Assembly: GCA_051362555.1 (NCBI GenBank)
Contig: CM120641.1
Coordinates: 42,786,401 to 42,850,400, forward strand
Source of the DNA: Lingula anatina
Taxonomy: Eukaryota > Animalia > Brachiopoda
DNA: 64,000 nt
Direction of reading: 5' to 3'
This document shows positions 40,376-61,200 of the stretch, one piece after another; within the stretch, counting starts at the first letter, position 1, and each line of letters starts with the position of its first letter. A model generated the notes under the pieces. The model did not search any database. It was not told the origin of the DNA and saw only the letters and a program-made list of their open reading frames with translations. The position numbers and the translations under genes were made by a program.

Positions 40376-42969
40376 GAAGAGACATGCAGTAGCCTATTCT
40401 TCTTCTCTTTGTCTTAGTGTTAATGTCCTTTTTTTTCTGTCAAGTCTGAGATCTAAAGATCATCTTGCAACAGATATGCTTAAATAAACATAAATGGATA
40501 CTGACACAGAATAAAACGTGATGATCATTGCTTGGGAAATTTTAACAAACGTTTTTACTTCATTGTGGAATGATGGGAGAGCGTGAGAAGAAGAAACATT
40601 TTTCTTTAGGAATTAGAACTGGCTTCTTGGTTCAATTTCTGCAGTGTACCAATGGGGAAGACTGGTTTATGTGCGTGGATTGAACTGTTTAGCAGTTGGT
40701 ACAGTCTCTACTTTAAATGCCAATATATATAAATAATCTTTCTGTCAATTATGAAGAGAACTAGATTCTTCTCATTGAACATCCAGTAAGTTGAACTGAA
40801 AACTTCAAATTGTAAAAGTTTGAAGATGGACAAGAGACCACAGCGAACAAAAAAGAAATTAGACCGAGAGAAATATGGGACATTTTTTTAATGTACAGAC
40901 ACAGTGTGTCTGTAACTATAGCCATCTATGCCTGCTATGAACATCATTGTGCACTTTTCTCTCTAAACACTTCTCATTCTCAAACTTACAAAAATGATTC
41001 TTAGGACTAAAGTACAGCATGACTTGAAAACAAGCCTGATTGGATTCTTTAAGTCATGCAAAATTTTTGTTTTACACATAATTTTTTTAGCACTTTTAAA
41101 ATGTGGCCTTGAACATCCATGGGCCTGAAGTTTGATGTCAGTCAAATTTTCTGAATATCCATCATGTTACTAGAAGTACATAATTAAAATTTGTGGTGAT
41201 AATGTAACAATGCATCAACATTGACAAAAGCCCTTTTTGTGTACTGTCATCATTATTTTTGCTTTATGTCTGTACATTTGCCAGCTTTGCTGCCTAGCTG
41301 TTTCATTTGGACATAGCAGTCCTTTCATGAGAATTTGATTAGTGGGATCTATACAGTTAACATCTTCCCTATAAGGAAGTTGCACGAAGGTAGCAATAAG
41401 TATCCCTGGGACTGACGCATGAGAATGTAACAAGACCAGTATTGTTACAATATCCATATATAGCAATGCCTGCCTTTGCTGACACGGGCCCGTTGCTCTT
41501 ATCAGATTTATTTAAAAATGATACTTCATACCTATTTATGAATTTACACTAGGATGTCTGCTAAAGCAGGATTTGCAACATTTTTAACAATGACTGTAAT
41601 TGTTCTCCATCTCCCATATTGAAAGAAATAAACATTTATTTCACCATTTCCTTTGTTGTTTTAGATTAAATCAGGACGTCAAGTTCCTGTTTTTTTTTGA
41701 AATATTCCTATTTTTTATTTTCTTGGAAAAACCCTACGATTTTCTATTTTTGGTCAAGATGTTATGTGTCAAATTATGTTGGTTATGGGAAAGTAAAATG
41801 TGGCTCCATATGTCAATATTGAACTATCTATAAAGGTTTGGAGAAATATGGCAAAGGTATTGTGTTTGGACCTACGTGCCCTGTTAAAATACAGTGCGAG
41901 AAGGTCAGAAGATACCCCAAAACTTAAGTTGACCTTAGACGTTTAGATTCCTACATATATGGAACTCGCTGAAATCCGTTGGCTTAGGATCAAACCTCGA
42001 CCTGCTGTTCAAGGTATTTTTGAACAGTGGGATACCAAATATGCGATTTCTCATCAAAATGCTGACTTATTATGAGATTGAAGAAAGCTCCAAAACATAT
42101 CCACTGCAAAAAAGGAACAGCTTCAACGACGGGTTCGCTGAAACAACGGAGATAACTACACTTTATTGCGGAAGAAAATAAATACTGAATGGCCAATTTC
42201 CCTATATTATTTATAGTATGTGAAATTTTGATTTTTTAGTGCAATTTATCTTTATATACTAAATAGTTTTCTAAGAAGGTGTAGGAAGGATAGAAACCTT
42301 TGCAAACTTTTATAAATGTTAACTTTCGTGCATAGGGCAATAAAATTGGTAGATTCGTGTAGTTGGTTTGTAAAGAATTTGATAATAGTCGTTCATCCCT
42401 TACTGCATTAAATAAGTAGTTCTACTGACTGAGGAAAAAACGGGAAGGGGGTTACCACCAGAATATCAATTTGTGGTTTGTTTATGAGCCTGTGCTTAAT
42501 AGAATAGCGTAAACCATAAAATCAGTGCCCACAGCAATTTTGTAGGCTAAATTTATGCTCAAACCCTTCCTTTGTTAGAATTCTAGTTTAATCAACAATG
42601 TCTCCAAAAACCCAACGCCTTTCATATTCCATTTCTTTATAAAGATTTCCTCCAATTTTAAATTTGTCATTGTATCATATAGGATCCAATGATTTTTCTA
42701 TCTTGTTAGCGTGTCATAACATCTTTCCAAAAGTGCTTACTGCAGTCATCAAGCTTATCTCAGTATTTCCAAAAACAAATATATTACTTATATATCGATT
42801 AAATATAGATTAGAGAAGTGGGGCGTATGTTATAATATAGCTTGGAGAATTGGGGCGCATGTGTTACCTGTCAGATAAGTTCTTCTAATTAAAGTAATAT
42901 GATAATGATGATATATTTATCCAGGAGATCATAACATCTTTCCAAAAGTACTTACTGCAGTCCTCAAGC

Positions 42970-42995
42970 CATGGACCTAACTAGTTAGGTCCATG
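42970..42995. mobile_element. 26-bp perfect palindromic insertion with 7-bp TSD
   Basis: CTCAAGC-CATGGACCTAACTAGTTAGGTCCATG-CTCAAGC; the paralogous site at 42748-42754 is empty. Confidence 0.8.
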
Positions 42996-43265
42996 CTCAA
43001 GCTTATCTAAGTAAGCATTTCCAAAAACAAATATATAACTTATTATATCCCGATTAAATATAGCTTGGAGAATTGGGGCGCATGTGTTACCTGTCAGATA
43101 AGTTCTTTTAATTAAAGAACTATGGTAATGATAATATATTTATTAAGTCTAAAATCCACAGAACTTTCAGTAGACTTAACCACGTGTAAAATGGATAAAT
43201 CTTTAAATCTAAAACGTATTTTAAGATGTCAGGGGATGTCTGAAGATTGGTGCTCTTATGTAAAA

Positions 43266-43296
<31 letters not shown>

Positions 43297-43475
43297 TAAA
43301 ATAAACATCCATGAAACTGGTAGTAACATCGCCATGATACGTTCATAACAAACACTCAAACAGTTCTTTCTCCATGTGTACCTTCTTTGGCCTGGATGTA
43401 CATGTAGCACTCTGAAATAGTCAATTGTACCAAGATTATTCATTATTTCAATAACTTTTTTTGCCCTGATTTAGG

Positions 43476-43540
43476 ATATAATATAATATAATATAATATA
43501 ATATAATATAATATAATATAATATAATATAATATAATATA
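43476..43540. repeat. (ATATA)n microsatellite
   Basis: Direct reading. Confidence 0.95.
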
Positions 43541-45706
43541 AAAATTGACGTAAATATTTGAATTAAGTACCGGGTCTAAAACATTATTAAAACCTCCACA
43601 GATAATAAAATATTCTTTATTAACGCTCAGATAGAAATCCCTTTTTGTGCGGCGTCTGTGCGAAGGCAGACGGTGACCGCAAGGAATTGTATGCAATGGA
43701 TTCACGGCCTCCGTAGCCTGTACGTATTGTACAGCAAAAAATTTTGACAAACTTTGAAAATCGTAAGCCCGTAGGCCGTGCGATAACATCGCACAGTTCC
43801 CGTACGGGCATCGTTCGGTGGACTTGATTATGGTCGAACCAGTTTCATTCCCTTCCAATATAAGTGGTTTCAGGAGACATTACGACAGGAAAAATGGCTT
43901 TGCGAAGTGTGCAAGTTAAAGAGGTGGGAGGTAAGATAAAGTTTGAGAGCTTCGGCATCACGTTCGGCCGCAACGGTGGATGCGCAAACTGGTTTTTACA
44001 CTTTTGGGGGTCTTTAGCATAGGCCTAACTAATCCGTAAAGAAGAGTGCATGTCTTTTACACATGAATTTCGCGCTAATGTAAGAGGCCCATATACATTG
44101 GCGCTTGCCAAACCCATATTCCGCATACAAACAAGATTACGACAAGGCAAAAAGTTATTTTATTTACCACGTTAATTCATGAGAATAAGAATAAAACATG
44201 TTAATTTGACTTTCGTACTCTGCTCGGGCTGCTGGTGGGCCAACGGCAGGCATTCCGTTAGGCCAACGTTGGCATCAGTGGTTGCCACCCTTTGCCACGA
44301 GCTACCTGCAAAGTATTGTAACGTGACTAGGGTACGATCAAATTAAAAATACCATGGGTTAGAAGAAAATCAAAGATAAAAACCTCAATCTTTATTCAAC
44401 GGAAAACTCAACTTAAAATAAAGTAAAACAATGGTTCAAAACAGAGTCTCTGTTTTACCATGGAATCAAGCCTTCAGCTTTGAATTATACGCAAATAGAA
44501 TAGTGATCCGATCTATAACGGTAAAACGAAAAGTACTATTCAACGTAGACCACTTTTTACTTAGGGGCCATTCAGAATGAGAAGAGCCAAATGTTAGCTG
44601 GTCCACGGCCTAAATATGGCGGACCTACATGCAAGGAAGACCGCTTAATCCTTGAATGGTCTTTCCACCTCTTTTACGCCTCCCACGGAATTTCAGCAGA
44701 TCAACTTTGGCGTGAAGGGGGCCAAAGTGATAGCTATCGGAAAATTTAACAAAAAATACATAACTTCAAGAAAGAATGGTCCGTGAAAAGTGCACAGCAA
44801 TGCGGTGGGTTTCAATGACAGACGCTGGTGATGGCTATATGCCCAGACACACAGTCTGTCCATAAAGAGCCAACAACGGAAAAATAATGAAAAATCTTTA
44901 TTTTTTGCAGTATGAGTGATGTTGAACAATCGCAGGAATTTTACACAAAAATAAATGGTGCAAATCCTGCTGTAACAGATATACAAGTGTGTAAAGTTAA
45001 GAAGTATATTTTTTTCTCTTTAAATAAACATGAAGAGCATTTGGCCTCCGATTTACAGTGTCAAGCACAAAAAAAAGGCATTGCAGAATCTATACATGCC
45101 TCTTTGTCACTGTCTAATGTTTATTGCTACCTTCATGCATTTTCCCTTTATCAAAGGCAGCACCTTTATAAATCTTTCAAATGAAAAGTTAATGAAACAA
45201 CGAATTATCATTTGGACAGTAAACGGCAATTATGACAAAACCATTTCCCCGTTTGTGTTGTTTCTTAGTGTTTGTAATTGCGTATCAAACTTAAAAAGCA
45301 TTTGCAATCATGTGTTTTCAGTTATTGCATGTTCCAAGACTAGAGGATAGATATCCTTCATAGCTCACACAATTTAATTACATTTTGGCATATAAGTGTA
45401 ATTTATACCAAAAGACAGTGAAATGTTATGACATGTTCATATTTGGCATTGTATCCTAATTTTTCCATTGCATACAAATGAATAAAGAAACTAATTCTTT
45501 TGTTTCAATTGTTCCTCCCCTCTCCTATCATTTTAGTGTAATTCAGTTCTTTGTCAAAATTTTGAAAGCAATGATGATGTCTATCCCTTTTCTCTGTCTG
45601 TATCCATCTTTGTATATAGTCGACTTTATCTGGCTTAAGATTTTCAAACATTAAGCCAGACATTAACGCTGAAAGAGTAGAAGGGTGGGTTGCTGTAAGT
45701 CTTTCC

Positions 45707-48585
<2,879 letters not shown>

Positions 48586-49385
48586 ATTTTCTATCTGTGT
48601 GGCAAAATATTATAGAAACCTCAGCTTTTCTCTGTTCAATTCCGCATAGGGAAAGTAGACATGTGCGCATGCGTAGCCCACCCGTGATTCATATTACCAG
48701 AGGTGTATGTCGGGGTCGGACCACAAGTTTGGGCCAAATGAAAGGATGAATACCATTGGGTACTTTTTCCGCTAGACGTCATAGCTGCTTAGACGATTTT
48801 TTAACGCGCGATATTTTTCGCTAGATGGAATGTAGATATCTCTGGCTAATTCGTGGCACGATTCTCTGCTGGAGAAAAGTGCACCCAATAAATCCGTTTC
48901 AGAAGCATAGCGGTGTTATAAATTTGTACAACACGTATTCACGAATGCGATTTGAATTGTTCGAGTTTTGTCGTAGACTAGTCGACTGACTAGTATGCGT
49001 CTTTTCTAATGTCGTTTTTTCTGGTTTTAGGTTCACTTAACCTACCAAGGAGACAGCCGAGCGTGGGTTTCCGTTTTCTTTCAACCTGTCTCATTACCGC
49101 GCCAGTCTTTCCCCACGTACTTCATTTTATAGTAACATTAGGCAGATTAGGGTATTAGAGTCTGATTTAGACTGTAGTAACTCATTCATGAATAACTTGC
49201 AACAAATTATGAGCACGCTGAACCATGGTCACAGATTGATTTTTTCACTAGACAGAATCTACAAATATTCGCAGTTATGTCTCTGGCGTGAGACCGCTTT
49301 CTGCGCTGTATTCAAACTTCTGATAGGCCTACTGTACATATTATGATAGATTTACATACATAGATGTAAAATTGAGTCAGCCGTG

Positions 49386-49386
<1 letters not shown>

Positions 49387-49434
<48 letters not shown>
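49387..49434. repeat. (TTA)n microsatellite
   Basis: Direct reading. Confidence 0.95.
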
Positions 49435-49875
49435 TGCATACACATATTTGCTTTCAAAAATTGAATGCAACTTCAAATTCATTCTATTTGTTTCTTTAGA
49501 CTTGTGACATTTCAGCTTATTATGAAATGCCACCTCTATATTGGAATTGAGTGTGCCCAGTCTCCCCCATCAGGACCCAGGAATTAATGTGGCAGAATTC
49601 AGTCTGTGTATGATTTTTCCATATTATATTGTTATTGGTTGGAGTTCATGATCGGATTGTGAGAAATCGAACCCAATTTCCTTTAATTTCTTGGAGTTGA
49701 CGGGCATGATGTCGTTTCTTTGTGACCAGAGGAAGACTGGTTATAAGTTATGGTCGCACCTAATATAATGTCTCCGGCTAACCGTAACCTGGCTGCATTG
49801 ACGCATGCGCGTGAGCTTTTTTCCTAACACGGATGTGATAAACCTTAAACAGTTGAGCTCTCTCAGATAAAGAAT

Positions 49876-54430
<4,555 letters not shown>

Positions 54431-56327
54431 GAAGAGAGACATGCAGCAACTCATCCTTCTTCTCTTTCTTTCATCACGTATGTCCCACTGTGCTGTCAGA
54501 CTCAATATTTGAAGATCATTTTGAGGCACATAATCTAGACTCTACAAGGAAGACTACTGACTGAGTAGGACGTGATTATCATTGCTTGGGATATTTTAAC
54601 AGAGGACTTACTTTATCATAAACTAGAATGAAGTGCTAACTTTGGGAGGGGGGGTATGTCACTTAGGGAACTAAAACTGGCTTCTTGTTTCATTTTCTTT
54701 GAAGCATAGACTGGGATACAATAACAGTTGGGAAGACATTGTTTGTCAAGTTTACTGTGTGGCCTCTGAGTTCATCTTTTTATGCCAATATTTATTTAAT
54801 TCTATTGTAAGTTATGAAAATAATCAGTCCTCTTGTCTTGGAACATGCAATGATTTCAACTTAAAATTGAGAATCTTTGAAATTTGAGTTGGCAAGCAAA
54901 CTCAAACATAAACATACAAAAAACATTTGTTTTATCATTGTTGTAATCCAAGTAGTAATCCTTTATTTCATGAACATTTGATGTGCAAGATCTATAAAGT
55001 TGCTGCCACTGCTAGGAGGATAGTGTTGGAAGGTAACAACTATAGTAGTTCCGAGATTCACGCATTCAATTGTGACATGACCAGCATTGTTACAACATTC
55101 ATATTTAGCAATGCCTGCTTTTGCTGACATTTCATATTGAAGGCCCATTTTGTTCCTTTTCAGGTTTACTTAAAAGGTAAAATATAATAATTCATACCCA
55201 TTTATGAAGTTGTGTACACATGGATGTCTACTAAAGCAGGGTTTGCACCATACTATATGTGTAAAGATGCCTGTAATTGTTCTTCATCACTCATATGACA
55301 AGAAATAAACATTTTCATTCTTTTTGTTGTTTTTGTTGTTCCAAAAACTATAAATGTGATGAAACCCATGAAGCACATGTATCACAATGTTAGTCTAAAA
55401 TATGCACAACTCCTGTTGGATCTTCAGCATCTTGGAATGTGCAAGTGTTACCTGGTACTTCTGGTGGGTTCATCAAAGTGGTGAAATAACAGTAATTGTT
55501 TCCAGTAATCTTCAGTTTTTTTCTGGAACTGATAAATTCTGCTTGTCTATTCCAAATATTTGCTGATCATTGGACTGGTTTTAAAAGGATAAGAAGGTGC
55601 ACATAAATATGCGAAATTTGAGTAGAATGTTCACTTGTCTGGGGTAGCTTATTCGGGCCCATAAGCAAAATATCAATAAAAGAAATTACAACAATTATCC
55701 GTTTGAATATATTTGGTGATTCGTGACACAAAATGTTACGCAGACATAAAATTACCGAGAAACTATCAAAGTGAAACGGGACGGGCGTTTGCCTTTATAT
55801 TGCTTGCATTAGTTGCGGTTCACAACTGACACAATATTATGTGCTTGGAATCATTTTCTAAAAATTATCTTATATTTCACACAAACTTTGTTACCACTTT
55901 TTACTGAATACATGTATTAAATATGATAAAACTTAAGAATAAAATCATCGATGTATTTGAATTTATCAAAAATATGAGAAGCAGGTTTCCTTCGAAACTA
56001 AATTACAATACTCAGGGTTAGCTAGCACTACGACTATTGAGATTCTGATTGACGCGACACGGATCCGTTGTAGCTATGGTTGTCGTTGTTTAACTTTAGT
56101 TATCCACCTTTGTGCTGGGTTATGTGATTATGGATTGAATAATTTCGACACCAGAACAACCTATAGACAGGATAAAGAAAGCAGCGGTTTTTGTTGAAGG
56201 AACAACCAGTTGAAATACTTCGATTAACGCAAAATATTCTCTCGACTAGTCCGACTGGTTCACTTTCAATATCGACGAAGAAACTGAATCGATGTCTGAA
56301 TCAGAATAATGAGCGTGGTAGAGGATT

Positions 56328-58140
56328 ATGACTTTCCTGATACATAAGGCGGTGTACTTCATCTGGCTGTGCCAGGTATGTATTATATGATAGGGCGTCT
56401 AACGAGCTAAAATAATGCACCTGGATTTTCACGAAATTCAGGCTATTTGACTATAAGGCTATTCACATTAGAACGTTAACCGCGGTCGAGTTTACTCTGA
56501 TTAAACCGCGGTCAACCTAACCGTGTCCAAACCGCGTTCACACTGACACTGGAAGCAGTAGAATCTCAGCAAGCGTACTTCCTCAGGGCTTGACACTAAC
56601 TTTTTTGGATACTGGCCCGAGATATTGGTAAATGTTGGAAGGATGATTTGACACATGACATTTTACTTGCTCTTTGGGCCAGTGACCCCAGCGATTCAAT
56701 GGCCCTAGCTTGGTTTTCAGTGGCCCAGGGCCAGTGGGCCACCCTTAATTTCAAGCCCTGGATTCCTGTCGACCATGTGCTCTTACTAGAATCTGTGAAA
56801 CATGACATGAGCTCAAATGATGATACACTTATGTGCGTGCGCTTCATATGTAGACATCCAGTCTTGACCGCTGTCAGGAGTTTACTCCGATTATACCCAC
56901 CTCCCAATCCGGGTTTATTTCGACCGCGCTCAGGGCTATGTCGTCCGTTCACATTAGAAAAGTTAACCGCGATAGGACCGAGGTCAGGCCTTGACCGCGG
57001 TTAAAAGTGCTAGTGTGAATTGGGTATATATTTCTATATTGTACAGATCACCTCAAACATATAGGTATGACACTCCCTTATCAGTTAAAGTAAAGAATAC
57101 ATACATATTTGTATCCATGATGTCATTCTAGTTTCCTTTGCGCTTGGCATTAGAATATGTTTCCTTTGTCATTGTTAGAGTTCTTGGAATATACATGTAG
57201 GACTTTGAGTCAACGAGTCAACACTGAAGTCAGGATGTCATAGTCCCCAGCTATATTTTTATTTGAAAGAGTTTGACTGATGGAACCTGGTACCTGAAAA
57301 ATAGTCAAGTATATATATACTTTTCAAGCATTAATTTTTCTCATTTCTTAATTATTAAGAGGGCACATTTTCTCTTCAGGTGATGTACAGCACAGGTGAT
57401 TCAAGTCCATGTATTTGTAATATACCAGTAAATTGCAGTGAGCCAGCTTATACTAAATTAGTCGAAATTTTGCGGGATTACCAGTCACTGTTCATTGAAT
57501 CCCCTCCAAATTTCTACAATGTCCCACAAGAATGTTCAGTGAACTGCTCTGGTAAGTGAAAACTTTCTGATATGTGAAACATGAGGATTTCTTTCAAAAA
57601 TTTTTAGAAGAAAAAAATGAAGTGTTTCCAGTTTATCCTATTTTTCAAGTTTTAAGGATAGATTGTTTTCAGGGAAAAGATATTTGAACATAATGTATGC
57701 ATCTTCAAGATCAATGCAATAAAGCGAGTACTTACTAGTATGTCGAAAATACTGGGTATATTGCTGCTAAATCCCAAATGTCAATATAGTATATAGTATT
57801 ATACTATAGCTTAAGAAATATCAGTTTGGTATTTTTTTAAAATAATATTTGCACAGATATTTTCTGCTTAATCTCTTTGCCTTGTAGACTAGAAGAAAAA
57901 AGTAGGTCAAATATCAATCAGGAATTTAAAGAAAGTTTAGTTTTAAAGAGATGAGATTCATTTTTTTTTTTTTTTTTTGGCATGTGCATTTTACTTATGT
58001 TTTGTAAGAAACTGGTTCAATAATTTATAAAAATTGCGATATATTTACTTTCTATTTCTATATATCTTTAAGAGGTAATTATGTAACTGTTCCTCTTTTA
58101 ATCATAAAATTAATATAGCAGTCATTTTATAAAATAACTC

Positions 58141-58206
<66 letters not shown>

Positions 58207-61200
58207 CTGATGAGGGGAGAGTGGTAACCAAGAAAACATTTTTTATAAAATCATATAACTTTAAGATGCATATTAAGAAAATAATGACTAAAAGAATTTG
58301 TATAAAAAGGAAAATACATAAAGTGGTAGAAAGTAACTAAAAACATTAGTTTTGTTGAAAACTTTACTTATTTGAGTGCTTTATCATAAATTTTGTATTT
58401 GATTAACCTTAAAGTCTTTATAAAGTTTGAAAAATTCACAGAAGTAGTAGCAGATTTTAATAATCTGATTCTGTGACATATGAAAAAATAAATTAGACAA
58501 TGCATATCAAGATCTGGGATATTTATTTCTTTTATGTATGTTGTTTTGCGGCAGTAATTAACTGTAATGTTTAGCACGTGACTATGAACCTGTCCTAAAT
58601 GAGAGAACAGTTGTGTCAATATTCACTTGGCTTATACTCACAAAGATCTGCATATGTACAAGTCATCAAATGTTCTTATAATGATAAACCTGAAAGCAGC
58701 AAGCTCATGGTGCCATTTTCAGTTCAATTGTTAAAAGTTGGAATTTGCTAAATCAAATTTTTGTGCGAACAGTAAGAGGAGAAATTGTTTGCAGTTTGAA
58801 CTCAAATTTCCTTCCTTGTTTATACAAATACATTCCCCCCACATACATAGTAGATTTGTTTACTAAATCACCTGTAGATAGTCAATAAAGGCATTATTGC
58901 CTAATAGCAATGGGGAAAGAATTGTTTTATATGTACCAAACATGCAGACTAGTTTAGTTGGCGGATGGAGAGGTGTTTTTTGAGTTGTAGTTTTATCTAA
59001 ATAATTGTATAAATGAAGTTTTTTGGTCCATTGACTTAATTAGAAGTAGGTTTTTGATCATTTTTCTGTTATATATTAAAAACAATAATGTCATAAGTAA
59101 TATCAGTTGATTTTGACACAAATGTTTTGCCCATTTGTTGAAACTTTACAAATTTGAGTGCTTTATCATAAATTGTGTATGATCAGTCACAAATCAATAT
59201 TCTAATAGGTGCTACTACTATTACCTTTCAGATTTTCATTTTTGACTCCCAATTTTTCCTTTTTAGATCACTGAATGTTAATTGAAGTTTTATCTGCCAC
59301 TTATTAGAAAAAACTGATTAGGAAAGAAAAAGTCAATTCAAATACTCTACTCTCCTGAAAATATCTTTTGACCTAGTTTAGTTTACTAAAGAGTTTTTTT
59401 TTTTTTTTTTTTTTTTGACAGCTATGATGGAGAAGCTGTCACAAAGGTTGCATATTTGAAAATGAAATTGCTGGTCAAAAGGACACCCTGTGCAGTGAAC
59501 TGTTTGTGGATGGATAGGTTTCATTGTTTTATGATGTCTCAGTCACAGGACAAATGCGAAAGTTTTATGCATGCATGTCATTTTGTAGGATGAAAGAGAA
59601 GTAGAATAAAATATTTATTATCTATCTTGTTTCACCAAAACATTAATTATGGATTTGCTTTGGAAATGTTTGAAACTGGATCGCGTTCAAAAATTTAAGG
59701 ATTGAGAATAAAATAGTTTTCAACTTGTGTTCAAAAGAATGTTAGATACTAAAGGAAGTTTGCATGCCAGCACATGCTTGCTATTATACTGGTGATTTTT
59801 GTGTGTATGTAAAAATTGACCAAACCTGACCAAACAAAATGATCAGGCATGTTTTTAACACTTCCTTATTTAGTTCAATAGAAGGTTGCATACAGACCAG
59901 GAAGTATAAACTCTACAATTTTTACATAATTGTATTTACCACCTGCTTAGTAGAGTGTGTGATACAACTGATGATAATACAGATGATAAAGGACATAGCC
60001 GTAGACACACCAGCTTGTTGAAAATACATGCTGTCAGGTGATGCCTGCACCCATCTAAATGACCACATCCATCTAAATGACAGTTCGTTGGGAAAAGCCT
60101 CTACTGTTCAAAATCAATGTTGTGAGTAAAAATCTGAGAATGATTGCATTATTGAGAGATTTTCACTTGTGACACACCCGAAAAGCTGTTCTACAATTTT
60201 AGCTTTTAAAAGTATGTAAACATTTAAAACTGAATGTACCTGAATTTAGAAATATAGGAAGCTCTAGCTGACTTCAGATGCTAAAATCAATGAAATGTGC
60301 AATAATGTCATACTTTTACTTAGCACCAGAATTGTACTGGTGATTATTGTGTGTATTTAAGGCCAAACAAAATGATCAGGTATATTTTAAACACTTCCTT
60401 ATGTTGTTCCGTAGAAGGTTGCATACAGACCAGGAAGTATAAACTCTGCACATTTAATGTCTACAATTTTTACATAATTGTATTTACCACCTGCTTAGTA
60501 GAGTATGTGATACAACTGATGATAATACAGCTGATAAAGGACATAGCCCTAGACACACCAGCTTGTTGAAAATACATGCCGTCAGGTGATGCCTGCACCC
60601 ATCTAAATGACCGCATCCATCAAATCTAAACAGTTCGTTGGGAAAAGCCTGTACTGTTCAAAATCAATGTTGTGAGTAAAAATCTGAGAATGACTGCATT
60701 ATTGGGAGATTTCCACCAAAGACACATCGGAAAAGCTGTTCTACAATTTTAGCTTTTAAAAGTATGTAAACATTTAAAACTGAATATACCTGAATTTAGA
60801 AATATAGGAAGCTCTAGCTGACTTCAGATGCTAAAATCAATGAAATGTGCAATAACGTCATACTTTTACTTAGCACTTGATTAAAAAATGTAAAACACAG
60901 TTGTAACTGTGTCCTTAAATGAATTTAAAACTGGGTTTAAAAAATTCAAATATTAAACCTTGAATTGTTCCTGTTTTTTTACCAAGCCTTAATTTGTCAC
61001 CACCACCAATTTTAACACAATTTTTTTTTGGGGGGGGGGGGTGGGGGGGGGCAAACACCTGGACAGAGCTGCATCTTTTAAAGTGTTTCAGTGGTGTGCC
61101 TATATGAATAATAACAGAATCTGCCTCTCTCCCACGGGAAGAAATATGGATTGATTTTTACAGCCCACTGATTGCAGCTATAGAAATTTTACCTTTGGAG

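Larger units (their letters stand above)
42450..43615 (-). mobile_element. Degenerate L1/Tx1-type LINE remnant
   Basis: Minus-strand IICGGFNNVLDP and IDYFRVLHVHPGQRRYTWRK resemble APE endonuclease motifs; broken by stops, a duplication and (ATATA)n. Confidence 0.5.

Noticed and set aside
56596-57004. 118-aa ORFs on both strands
   Set aside because: Lie inside nested MITEs; no recognisable motifs.
59422-59517. Candidate exon YDGEAVTK...CLWMD
   Set aside because: Open only in phase 2 and cannot be joined confidently to the phase-1 upstream exon.
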